Positions 17,594-26,971 of a DNA stretch of 45,635 nucleotides are shown one piece after another. The notes under the pieces are model-generated. The model did not search any database. It was not told the DNA's origin and was given only the letters and a program-made list of their open reading frames with translations. Source of the DNA: Oricola sp. (GTDB lineage Bacteria > Pseudomonadota > Alphaproteobacteria > Rhizobiales > Rhizobiaceae); contig JBAQHA010000523.1 of NCBI GenBank assembly GCA_049288075.1, positions 1-45,635 of the forward strand. The letters run 5' to 3'. Each line of letters begins with the position of its first letter. Position 1 is the stretch's first letter. Both the position numbers and the translations under genes were made by a program.

Positions 17594-18259
17594 TCAGCCG
17601 GTCAGCGGCTTTCTCGCTTCGAACAGGGCGACGGCGCCGATGCGCCGCAGCGTGACGGCGGCGAAGCGGGCGCGCAGCGCCGCCTCGAGGTCCGCCAGGG
17701 TGTCGCGGGCGTTGGAGAAGATGCCCCTGGCGTTGTAGAAGTTCATCAGCGCACGCGCGGCGGCGGAGCGCGGTGCGTCGCCCTGCAGGATGGTCGAGCC
17801 GAAGACCACGCCGCCTTCCGCGAGCAGCGGCCTGACATGATCGAAGACGACCGACTTGTCGGGGATCGCGCCGGGCAGGCAGTGCAGCAGATAATTGAGG
17901 CCGACGGAATCGAAGCGGCCCTCGACGGCGAGCGGCTCCAGGCAGTTCGCGACGACGGTGCGCGGGCGAAACCGGGCGATGCGCGCCGCGGCGGCGTCGA
18001 GGCTGTGGCGGTTGAGATCGACCAGCGCGATTTTCGGGTCGGGGACCGGCCATTGCGTCCGATCGAGGAAATAGCCGGTGCCGACGCCGATATCGAGATG
18101 GGCGGCGCCGGCATTGCGGCGGTAGAGATCACGCAGGTTCGATGTCGGGCAACGCCACAGCAGCCGGTTGGAGAAGCCGAGGACGAACAGGTCATAAGCT
18201 CCGAGCGTGAACGGGGTATAGACCGCCTGTCCCGCCTCGATTTCCCGACTGGTCGCCAT
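17594..18259 (-). CDS. Class I SAM-dependent methyltransferase (second family)
   Basis: HLDIGVGTGYFL motif I; FDSVGLNYLLHCLPG; GGGAG RBS. Confidence 0.88.
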   Translation of the reverse strand: MATSREIEAGQAVYTPFTLGAYDLFVLGFSNRLLWRCPTSNLRDLYRRNAGAAHLDIGVGTGYFLDRTQWPVPDPKIALVDLNRHSLDAAAARIARFRPRTVVANCLEPLAVEGRFDSVGLNYLLHCLPGAIPDKSVVFDHVRPLLAEGGVVFGSTILQGDAPRSAAARALMNFYNARGIFSNARDTLADLEAALRARFAAVTLRRIGAVALFEARKPLTG

Positions 18260-18422
18260 GCGCCGCTCCCTTCCAATCCCCGAATCGCATGTTAGCACAT
18301 GGCCGGCAACGCTTGAGCCGGCCTCGCTTTGCCGGCGCAACAACGCCCGGTCGCGAAAACGTCATTTGATCGGCCGCTCCCGCTGCCTAAGTCCCGATGC
18401 AGTGACAGCGAAGGAGGACGCG

Positions 18423-19301
18423 ATGACAGGTAAACGGACGATCACCCAGGCGATGATCGACGCCTATGACGAATACACCCATCTGACGCTCGACCGGCGC
18501 CGCTTCATGGAGAAGCTGACGAAGCTGGCGGGCACGGGCGCGGCGGCGGCGGCGATCGCGCCGATGCTGGCGGCAAACAGCGCGAGCGCCGCGATGGTTG
18601 CCGCGGACGATGCGCGCGTCTCGGGCGCGGACATCACCTTCCAGGGCGCGACGGGCGACGTCGCAGGCTATCTGGTCACTCCGGCCGGCGGAACCGGCAG
18701 GCTGCCGTCGGTAATCGTCATCCACGAGAACCGCGGTCTCAACGAGCATATCCGCGACGTGGCGCGGCGGCTGGCGCTGGAAGGTTTCGCGGCGCTCGCC
18801 GTCGACTTCCTGTCGCCGCTCGGCGGCACGCCAGGTGACGAAGACAAGGCGCGCGAGGCGTTCGGCACGCTCGACCGGGCGCAGACGGTGGCAAACGCGG
18901 TCGCGGCGCGCCAATTCCTGGCCGGCCACGAGATGACCAACGGCAAGGTCGGCGCGGTCGGCTTCTGCTGGGGCGGCGGGACGGTCAACGCGCTCGCGGT
19001 GGCCGATCCGGGGTTGAACGCGGCGGTCGCCTATTACGGCTCGCAGCCGGACGCCGGCGAAGTCGCCTTCATCGAGGCGCCGCTGCTGCTGCACTATGCC
19101 GGGCTCGACGAGCGGGTCAATGCCGGCATCGACGCCTACAGGGCGGCATTGGAGGAAAACGGCAAGGACTTCACGATCCATGTCTATGAGGGCGTCAACC
19201 ACGCCTTCAACAACGACACGTCGGAAGCGCGCTACGACAGGCAAGCCGCCGAGCTGGCCTGGAGCCGGACGGTGGCGTTCCTGAAGGAGAAGTTGGCGTA
19301 G
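18423..19301 (+). CDS. Dienelactone hydrolase family protein (YghX-like) with Tat signal
   Basis: DRRRFM twin-arginine leader; HENRGL; GFCWGG nucleophile; HAFNND; GGAGG RBS. Confidence 0.92.
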   Translation: MTGKRTITQAMIDAYDEYTHLTLDRRRFMEKLTKLAGTGAAAAAIAPMLAANSASAAMVAADDARVSGADITFQGATGDVAGYLVTPAGGTGRLPSVIVIHENRGLNEHIRDVARRLALEGFAALAVDFLSPLGGTPGDEDKAREAFGTLDRAQTVANAVAARQFLAGHEMTNGKVGAVGFCWGGGTVNALAVADPGLNAAVAYYGSQPDAGEVAFIEAPLLLHYAGLDERVNAGIDAYRAALEENGKDFTIHVYEGVNHAFNNDTSEARYDRQAAELAWSRTVAFLKEKLA

Positions 19302-19313
19302 GGGCGGGCGGCG

Positions 19314-22300
19314 TCAGGCGCGGGCGGCGGCCGGGTCGGCCCAGGCTATCCATTCGTTGACCTTGCGCAGCAGGGCGTCGGGGCTGATCGGCTTGGACAG
19401 GTAGTCGTCCATGCCGGCCTCGATGCATTTCTCGCGGTCGCCCTTGAGCGCGTGGGCGGTGACGCCGACGATGGGCGTGTGGCGGCCGGTCTCCTGCTCG
19501 CGGGCGCGGATCGCGACGGTCGCTTCCAGGCCATTCATCTCCGGCATCGAAACGTCCATCAGGATCATGCGCGGCGGCTTGCGCTCGCTCGTCTCGACGG
19601 CCTGTCGCCCGTCGCCGACGATCTCGAAGGAAAAGCCGCTGTCGAAGAGGATCTGCGAGAAGACGAGCTGGTTCACGTCATTGTCCTCGGCGATCAGGAT
19701 GTCGAGCGCGTAGGCGCTCGCCCTGGCGGCCGCCGCCGCGGGAGCGCCACGCGGCCCCGCATGCGCCCACGCGTTGGGGCTGGGGACCTGGACGATGTCG
19801 TTGCCGGTTTCCGCCGGCCGGGCGGCATGCGCCCGCGCGAAATCCTCATGCGGGGGCCGATCGGCGCGGGCTTCCGCATGGCGCCTGGCCATGCCGACCG
19901 CCGAGACGATCGCGTCGAGAAGCTGGGACGAGCGCGCCGGCTTCATCAGGTTCTTCTCGATACGCAGGCGGCGGATGTCGTCGAGCGAAATGCCGTTGTC
20001 GGCCGATGTCAGGATGACGATCGAGGCGGTGGCGAGACGGCTGTCGGACCGGATCGCGGCGGCGACGTCGGCGCCGTTCATGCCGGGCATCTGGTAGTCG
20101 AGCACGACGCAGTCGAACGGCGTGGCGAGGCGGTGGGCTTCGCGCATCACATGCAGCGCCTCCAGTCCGGAGCCGACGGCGAAACCGTCGAGGTTCCAGG
20201 CCGCCATCTGTTCCATCAGGATCGAGCGGTTCACGGCGTTGTCGTCGACGATCAGGATGCGCGCGCCGGTGATGTCCATCGCGGGAGCGGTCTTTTGCAC
20301 CGACCGGCGATGCTTCGGCAGGGCGATGGAGAACCAGAATGTCGAGCCCTCGTTGACGACGCTTTCCACGCCGTATTTGCCGCCCATCATGTTGACGATG
20401 GAGGAGGAAATCGCCAGGCCGAGGCCGGTGCCCTCGTGGCGGCGGGTCGATGAGCCGTCGACCTGAGAGAATTTCTCGAAGATCGACTTCAGCTTGTCCT
20501 TCGGGATGCCGATACCGGTGTCGGCGATCCTGAACTGCAGCTCGACCGTATCGCCGAGATCGCGGCCGTCGACATTGATCAGGACATGGCCGAATTCGGT
20601 GAACTTGATCGCGTTTGACAAGAGATTGGTGATCACCTGGCGCAAGCGGCCGACGTCGCCGACATAGGCGTCGTGGATGGCGGGATCGACGCGCACGATC
20701 AGCTCGATGTCCTTCTGGCGCGCGCGCGCGGTCAGCAGCGTCGCCACGTCGGCGACCGCCTCGCGCAGATCGAACGGCTCGGCGTCGAGCTCCATCTGGC
20801 CGGCGTCGATCTTGGAGAAGTCGAGAATGTCGTTGATGATGGTCAGAAGCGCGTTGCCCGACTTGATTATGACGTCGGCGAAGGTGCGCTGCTTCTCGTC
20901 GAGTTCGGTGGCGGCGAGCAGTTCCGCCATGCCGAGAACGCCGTTCATCGGCGTGCGGATCTCGTGGCTCATGTTGGCGAGGAATTCCGACTTGGCCCGG
21001 TCGGCGGCCTCGGCCTTGAGCTGGGCGTCGCGCAGCGCCCGCTCGCGTTCGCGGAACTTGGAAATGTCCTCGATGCGGACGATGAGGTAGTCCTTGCCGT
21101 CGGCGAGCGTCTCGCGCGACTTGTAGGCCTTGGCGGCGAATATGGTGCCGTCGGCGCGCCGTATGTCGTGCTCGTGGGCGAAGGTCGTGCCCGTGGCCAT
21201 GACCTCGGCCTCGAACATCGTCGCCTTGCGGTAATTCTCCGGCGGCTCGAGCTCGGCGGCCACCTTGCCGACGATGTCCTCGACCGATTTGCCGTGGATC
21301 TCGGCGAACGCCTTGTTGGCGATGACGCAGATGCCGTCGGCATCCTTGACGAGGACCGGGCTCGACAGGCGGTCGAGCACGCTCTGGGCGAGCTCGGCCT
21401 TCAGGCGGGCCGAGATGGCCTCGTTCTCGCGCGCCTTCAATTCGCTGATATCGGTGGTGACGCCGACGAGATAGATGGAACCGTCGGAACCGTGCGCCAT
21501 GCTCTTGCGCGCAAGGCGGTGATGTGGCGTGCCGTCCTCGTAGGCGCCGATCTCCTCGACCTGCTGGACCTCGCCGGTTTCGAGAACCAGGCGGTCGGAG
21601 TCCATGAATTCGAGCCCGGCTTCCCCGAAGATGTCGTGGTCGGTCAGACCGATCGCCTGTTCGATCGGCATGCCGGCGATGTTTTCCCAAGCGGAGTTCG
21701 CATAGACGAATTTCAGGTCCGTCGTCTTTGCGTAGACGGCGGCGGGAATCGCATCGATGATGTTCTGGTAGAGCTCGTTCTCGCGCAGCCGCTCGGCGAG
21801 CGCTGCCTGCTGGTTCTTCAGCTCGGTAACGTCCATGCGGAGGCCGATCAGCAGGCCGCTGTCGGTCCTGACGTTGACGGTCTTGAACCACGACCCGGCG
21901 GGAGACAGGCGCATGGCCTCAAAAAAATCGGGCTGGTATTCCGCGTATTTGCGCCGTTTCCATTCCTCGGGATCGGAGTCGTAGAGTTCGTCCATTTCCT
22001 GACTGCCGGAGCTTCGCCACAAGCCACTGGAATGCGCGTGTTCGATTGCCTCCTTGAGCGTTTTCCCTGGTTGCATTGCGGGGATCATGTTCGGCTGGTC
22101 GGACCGCAGGGTCTCGTTCGACAGGAGGTATTCCTCCCTTTCGTCGTAAACGATGATGCCCATAGGGATTTCGTCGAGGATGGTCTGCAACACCTCGAAG
22201 GACTGTTCGGCCTCGGTTTTGGCCGCGGTCAGTTCCTGTTCGTGCCGTTTCATCTGCGTGACGTCCGAGCGGATACTCACGGTCAACCCGTCCGCCAGCC

Positions 22301-23072
22301 GCCTGTTCTCCAGTTGGCACCACCGGCCGTCGGCGAGTTGGACAACCACCTGGAATTGTTCGAGATGCTGTTTTGCAACGCGTTCGGCAACGAGTTTTTC
22401 AGCATCACCGCTAAAGTCGCGATCGTCTTCGTAGACCGTGCGGAGGAGGGTTGCGCGCTGGATGTCGACTAGCGCGGTCCCCGGCACCAGCAAATCCGCG
22501 ATCGGAGAATAGAGCCGACGCATCGCATCGTTGGCGTAAATCAGCCGGTCGTTTTCGTCATAGATCACGACGCCGGAACTGATCGCATCGAGGCTTGCGT
22601 CCAGAATATCGTGCAGCCGCCGGTTCTCGCTGCGGGTTTCGTCCACCTCGGCCAGCATCGACAGCACCCCGCCGAGACTTCGCCCGACGCCGCGATAGCC
22701 CTGGAAGGCACCCTCGGCGTCGAAGACCGGATGGCCGTCGACCGCTATCCAATGGTCGACGCCCTTGGGATCGGTGAACCTGTAGATGAAGTCGCGGAAC
22801 GACTCGTGCCGATCAAGCAGTTCGAGATGGGCGGTGAATTTCTCGCGATCATTCTCGCTGGAGAGAAAGATGTCCTTCCGCGACATGCCGATCATCTCTT
22901 CCGGCACGACGCCGGTGACTTCCTCGACGGCTCCCGCGAAGTAGATGAACCTGTGTTCCCTGTCGGTAACCCAAATCCAGTCGGCGGCAATCGACACCAA
23001 CTGCCGATAGTCGATCAACGTCGCCGAATCCGGCAATACTGCCGGTGGTCTGTTGTCCTGACTGCTGCCCAT
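19314..23072 (-). CDS. Cytoplasmic multi-PAS hybrid histidine kinase with two receiver domains
   Basis: About five PAS-like segments; H-box FLANMSHEIRTPMNG; N box NLLSNAIKFT; G boxes DTGIGI and GTGLGL; two REC domains (LDYQMP, MDVSMP); no transmembrane segment seen. Confidence 0.93.
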   Translation of the reverse strand: MGSSQDNRPPAVLPDSATLIDYRQLVSIAADWIWVTDREHRFIYFAGAVEEVTGVVPEEMIGMSRKDIFLSSENDREKFTAHLELLDRHESFRDFIYRFTDPKGVDHWIAVDGHPVFDAEGAFQGYRGVGRSLGGVLSMLAEVDETRSENRRLHDILDASLDAISSGVVIYDENDRLIYANDAMRRLYSPIADLLVPGTALVDIQRATLLRTVYEDDRDFSGDAEKLVAERVAKQHLEQFQVVVQLADGRWCQLENRRLADGLTVSIRSDVTQMKRHEQELTAAKTEAEQSFEVLQTILDEIPMGIIVYDEREEYLLSNETLRSDQPNMIPAMQPGKTLKEAIEHAHSSGLWRSSGSQEMDELYDSDPEEWKRRKYAEYQPDFFEAMRLSPAGSWFKTVNVRTDSGLLIGLRMDVTELKNQQAALAERLRENELYQNIIDAIPAAVYAKTTDLKFVYANSAWENIAGMPIEQAIGLTDHDIFGEAGLEFMDSDRLVLETGEVQQVEEIGAYEDGTPHHRLARKSMAHGSDGSIYLVGVTTDISELKARENEAISARLKAELAQSVLDRLSSPVLVKDADGICVIANKAFAEIHGKSVEDIVGKVAAELEPPENYRKATMFEAEVMATGTTFAHEHDIRRADGTIFAAKAYKSRETLADGKDYLIVRIEDISKFRERERALRDAQLKAEAADRAKSEFLANMSHEIRTPMNGVLGMAELLAATELDEKQRTFADVIIKSGNALLTIINDILDFSKIDAGQMELDAEPFDLREAVADVATLLTARARQKDIELIVRVDPAIHDAYVGDVGRLRQVITNLLSNAIKFTEFGHVLINVDGRDLGDTVELQFRIADTGIGIPKDKLKSIFEKFSQVDGSSTRRHEGTGLGLAISSSIVNMMGGKYGVESVVNEGSTFWFSIALPKHRRSVQKTAPAMDITGARILIVDDNAVNRSILMEQMAAWNLDGFAVGSGLEALHVMREAHRLATPFDCVVLDYQMPGMNGADVAAAIRSDSRLATASIVILTSADNGISLDDIRRLRIEKNLMKPARSSQLLDAIVSAVGMARRHAEARADRPPHEDFARAHAARPAETGNDIVQVPSPNAWAHAGPRGAPAAAAARASAYALDILIAEDNDVNQLVFSQILFDSGFSFEIVGDGRQAVETSERKPPRMILMDVSMPEMNGLEATVAIRAREQETGRHTPIVGVTAHALKGDREKCIEAGMDDYLSKPISPDALLRKVNEWIAWADPAAARA

Positions 23073-23151
23073 GACGTCCCCTGAAAACGAGCGGGACGCG
23101 GCCGCACGCCGGCACGCCTCCCCACCACTTTCCAAGAATCGCCGAAACTGG

Positions 23152-23168
23152 TGAACCACCCGTTAACC
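23152..23168. promoter_or_regulatory. CtrA-like box upstream of the hybrid kinase
   Basis: TGAA-ccacccg-TTAACC, one mismatch to TTAA-N7-TTAAC, about 80 nt upstream of the start. Confidence 0.4.
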
Positions 23169-23509
23169 TTGCGAATTCCGGGCCGGGATCCGCTCCCGTC
23201 CATGCACGGAAATCGTGCTTGCGAATGGCCACGCGGATACCGGCCGTCGGCCGGCATTGGGCGGACGGTTCGCGCGGTCCGGCGTATCGCGATTCGATCG
23301 GCGCCGTTATCGGCGCGAAACGGCGCAAAGAACTGCGGGAATATCGCCCAATCGCTTGATTTTCAGGGCTTGCGGGTTCAGGAACGGGACCGTTCTCCGG
23401 ACTCCGGCGGGATTTATTGGCTGGATAGCCTTCCGCGTTGTCCGAAGGATCGTCACCTCCTCCGACCGATCATGGCCGGCCGAAACCGTATACGCTGAAC
23501 GTCAAGACC

Positions 23510-25342
23510 ATGTCGTCCACCGAACAGACTTCTCCAGTTGGCGCCGCAAGCCCTGAAGGCGCCGCCGATCCCAATCCGCAGAAAGCCGAATCCCGGGTCC
23601 TCAGCGTGGCGATGCTCTGTGTCATCGCCTTCGTGATCGGTCTCGTCGCCGCCGCGGGCGCGGTGATTTTCCGCATCATGATCTCGCTCGTCCACAACCT
23701 GTTCTTCTTCGGGAAGTTCTCGACGGTCTACGACGCCAACCAATTCGACCCGGCCAGCCCGTTCGGACCGTTCATCATCCTGGCGCCGGTCATCGGCGGC
23801 CTGATCGTGGTGTTCCTGGTCAAGACCTTCGCGCCGGAAGCCAAGGGTCATGGCGTGCCTGAGGTGATGTACGCGATCTACCACAACAAGGGGAACGTGC
23901 GCGGCGCAGTCGCGATCGTGAAATCGCTCGCCTCGGCGATCTCGATCGGCTCGGGCGCGTCGGTGGGGCGCGAGGGCCCGATCATCCAGATCGGCGCATC
24001 CTTCGGCTCGACCATCGCGCGCGCGCTCAACCTGGCGCGCTGGGAGAAGATCACGCTGCTTTCGGCCGGCGCCGGCGCGGGCATCGCCGCGACCTTCAAC
24101 ACGCCGCTCGGCGGGGTGCTGTTCGCGGTGGAAATGCTGCTGCCGGAAGTCTCCAACCGCACCTTCCTGCCGGTCGTGGTGGCCACCGCGACGGCGACCT
24201 ATGCCGGGCGCATAGCCTTCGGCCTCGACCCGGCCTTCATCGTGCCGCTGGCCGACGTGCCGATGCACGCGGCGGTCGATTACGTGCAACTGACCGGCTT
24301 CGCGCTGCTCGGCGCGCTGGCGGGCGTGACCGCGTGGGCCTTCATCCGCTCGCTTGCCTGGTGCGAGGACACGTTCCCGAAGCTGCCCGGCAACGAGTAC
24401 ACGCAAAACATCATCGGCATGCTGATGCTCGGCGTGCTCGGCTACGGTTTCTTCCTGGCGACCGGCGCCTACCATACGATGGGCGTCGGTTACGCCACCA
24501 TCCAGGATATCCTCAACTCGACCCCCTACACGCTGGCGCTGCTGGTCTTCCTGCTGGTGGCCAAGGTCGCCGCGACGTCGATCAGCCTCGGGTCGGGCGC
24601 GTCGGGCGGCGTTTTCTCGCCGTCGCTGTTCATCGGCGCGTCGCTCGGCGGCGCGGTCGGCGTGCTCGGCACAATGCTGTTCCCCGAACACAACTTCCAC
24701 CCGGCGGAATTCGCCCTCGTCGGCATGGGCGCCATGGCCGGCGGCGCGACGGGCGCTTCGATGACCGCCATCGTCATGATCTTCGAGATGACGCGCGACT
24801 ACAACGTCATCGTGCCGCTGGTCCTGGCAGTGGCGATCGCCGTGGGCGTGCGGCGCTGGCTGATCTCCGACACGATCTACACGATCAAGCTGCGGCATCG
24901 GGCCCGGCCGATTCCGCAGAACCGGCATACCAACATGTACCTGGTGCGCCAGGCCAAGGAACTGATGGCGCGCAACTTCATCGTCCTGCCGGTCGATATG
25001 CCGATCGCCAACGCGATCGCCGAAGTGGCGAAGCACGACGGGCCGATGCATGTGATCGCCGCCGACGGGCAGCGCATCGCCGGTTTCGTGCGCCTGGGCA
25101 CGATCCCCTACATGCCCGACCGTTTCGCGCACCAGACGCTGCGCGAAATCCTGTCGAGCGACTACGTGATCGCTTCGCAGACCCACATCCTGAACTCGAT
25201 CATCTCGCGCATGAGCCAGCGCAACCGCTCCTATGCGATCGTGGTCGGCGGACCGGGCGTGGTGCCGCGGCCGGAGAATATCGTCGGCATCATAGACACG
25301 ACGGAAATCGCCGAAGCCGTGATTGCCAACCATTACGACTAA
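23510..25342 (+). CDS. ClC-family chloride channel/antiporter with a C-terminal CBS-like region
   Basis: GHGVPE, GREGP, FNTPLGGVLFAVE and GGVFSP signature motifs; many hydrophobic helices. Start approximate. Confidence 0.92.
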   Translation: MSSTEQTSPVGAASPEGAADPNPQKAESRVLSVAMLCVIAFVIGLVAAAGAVIFRIMISLVHNLFFFGKFSTVYDANQFDPASPFGPFIILAPVIGGLIVVFLVKTFAPEAKGHGVPEVMYAIYHNKGNVRGAVAIVKSLASAISIGSGASVGREGPIIQIGASFGSTIARALNLARWEKITLLSAGAGAGIAATFNTPLGGVLFAVEMLLPEVSNRTFLPVVVATATATYAGRIAFGLDPAFIVPLADVPMHAAVDYVQLTGFALLGALAGVTAWAFIRSLAWCEDTFPKLPGNEYTQNIIGMLMLGVLGYGFFLATGAYHTMGVGYATIQDILNSTPYTLALLVFLLVAKVAATSISLGSGASGGVFSPSLFIGASLGGAVGVLGTMLFPEHNFHPAEFALVGMGAMAGGATGASMTAIVMIFEMTRDYNVIVPLVLAVAIAVGVRRWLISDTIYTIKLRHRARPIPQNRHTNMYLVRQAKELMARNFIVLPVDMPIANAIAEVAKHDGPMHVIAADGQRIAGFVRLGTIPYMPDRFAHQTLREILSSDYVIASQTHILNSIISRMSQRNRSYAIVVGGPGVVPRPENIVGIIDTTEIAEAVIANHYD

Positions 25343-25458
25343 AGGCCGCGGGCTTTCGGTTGCGAAGGTTCGGCGCCGGGCCTAGAAGACGGCATATCAA
25401 TTACATTAGGTTTCGCGGCCTTGCGGGCAAACGGGGCGCGGACGTGACGGAGGTTCCC

Positions 25459-26868
25459 GTGGCCCTCAGCGACATCAAGCCAGCAGAACGCAACGAAAGC
25501 GGTATCGCGCTGGCGTTGCAGATCCTGAAACAGCGGTTCGGCGAACGGTTCTCGACAGGCGAGGCGCTGCGCCGCCAGCATTCCCACACCACCACCTACA
25601 TTCCTTCGCAACTGCCCGACGGCGTGATCTTCGCGGAAAACGCCGACGAGGTGCAGGAGGCCGTGCAGGTCTGCGCCGAGCACAAGGCGCCGGTCGTGCC
25701 GTTCGGCACCGGGACGTCGCTGGAAGGCCATGTCAACGCGCCGGCCGGGGGCATCTCGATCGACGTCAGCCGGATGAACCGGGTGCTGGCCGTGCATGCA
25801 GAGGATCTCGACTGCACCGTCGAGCCAGGCATCACGCGCAAGGCGCTGAACGACTATCTGCGCGACACCGGCCTGTTCTTCCCGATCGATCCCGGCGCTG
25901 ACGCCAGCCTCGGCGGCATGGCGGCGACGCGCGCCTCCGGCACCAATGCCGTGCGCTACGGCACGATGCGCGACAACGTGATCTCGCTCGACGTGGTGTT
26001 GCCGAACGGGCGCAAGATCACCACCGCGAAGCGGGCGCGCAAGAGCGCGGCGGGCTACGACCTGACACGGCTGATGGTCGGCTCGGAGGGCACGCTCGGC
26101 GTCATCACCGCGCTGACGCTCAGGCTGCAGGGCATTCCGCAGGCGATCTCGTCGGGCGTGTGCCCGTTCCCGACGCTCGACGCGGCGAGCCGGGCGGTGA
26201 TCACGACGATCCAGATGGGCATTCCCGTCGCCCGCATCGAACTGGTCAACGCGTTGCAGATGCAGGCGATGATCGCCTATTCGAAGCTCGACCTGCCGGT
26301 CTCGCCCTGCCTGTTCGTGGAATTCCACGGCACCGACGCCGGCGTGAAGGAACAGGCCGAGACCTTCGGCGAAATCGCGGCCGATCTCGGCAGTTCGGGT
26401 TTCATCTGGTCGACGCGCGAGGAAGAGCGGGCGAAGCTCTGGCAGGCGCGCCATGACGCCTACTGGGCGTGTATCGGCCTGCGGCCGGGCGCCAAGGCGG
26501 TGGCGACCGACGTCTGCGTGCCGATCTCGCAACTGGCCGACTGCATCGCCGAAACGGAAGCCGACATCGCCGAAAACGGGTTGATTGCGCCGATCGTCGG
26601 CCATGCGGGCGACGGCAATTTCCACGTCTCGGTGCTGGTCGACGACACCAATCCGAAGGAAATCGAGGCGCTGGAGACCTTCGTCGAGCGGCTGAACCTG
26701 CGCGCGCTGGCGATGGGCGGCACCTGCACCGGCGAGCACGGGGTGGGCCAGGGCAAGATGAAGTTCCTGGAACTGGAACTGGGCGGCGCGGTGGACGTGA
26801 TGCGGTCGATCAAACGGGCGATCGACCCCGACAACATCATGAATCCCGGTAAAATTGTCCGGCTGTAG
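25459..26868 (+). CDS. FAD-linked oxidase, D-lactate dehydrogenase/GlcD-like
   Basis: GTGTSLEG, DPGADASLGGM, GSEGTLG, GHAGDGNFH, GEHGVG, MNPGK; GTG at 25459 after GGAGG. Confidence 0.92.
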   Translation: MALSDIKPAERNESGIALALQILKQRFGERFSTGEALRRQHSHTTTYIPSQLPDGVIFAENADEVQEAVQVCAEHKAPVVPFGTGTSLEGHVNAPAGGISIDVSRMNRVLAVHAEDLDCTVEPGITRKALNDYLRDTGLFFPIDPGADASLGGMAATRASGTNAVRYGTMRDNVISLDVVLPNGRKITTAKRARKSAAGYDLTRLMVGSEGTLGVITALTLRLQGIPQAISSGVCPFPTLDAASRAVITTIQMGIPVARIELVNALQMQAMIAYSKLDLPVSPCLFVEFHGTDAGVKEQAETFGEIAADLGSSGFIWSTREEERAKLWQARHDAYWACIGLRPGAKAVATDVCVPISQLADCIAETEADIAENGLIAPIVGHAGDGNFHVSVLVDDTNPKEIEALETFVERLNLRALAMGGTCTGEHGVGQGKMKFLELELGGAVDVMRSIKRAIDPDNIMNPGKIVRL

Positions 26869-26971
26869 CGGTCACGGGCTGCCATACGCCTTGATCTTGA
26901 CGCCGTGACGCGCACAATCCGACTCGTTGCGCCGCGCGACGGGAGGGCAACGCGATGATCGGAGCAGTGAG

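Noticed and set aside
23073..23509. Possible fluoride riboswitch upstream of the ClC gene
   Set aside because: No recognisable crcB-motif core seen, and the protein lacks fluoride-type ClC signatures.
23453..25333. 626-aa minus-strand ORF
   Set aside because: Antisense shadow of the ClC gene.
24334..25458. Apparent 844-aa fusion ORF upstream of the FAD oxidase
   Set aside because: Out-of-frame overlap with the ClC gene; the oxidase has its own GGAGG and GTG at 25459.
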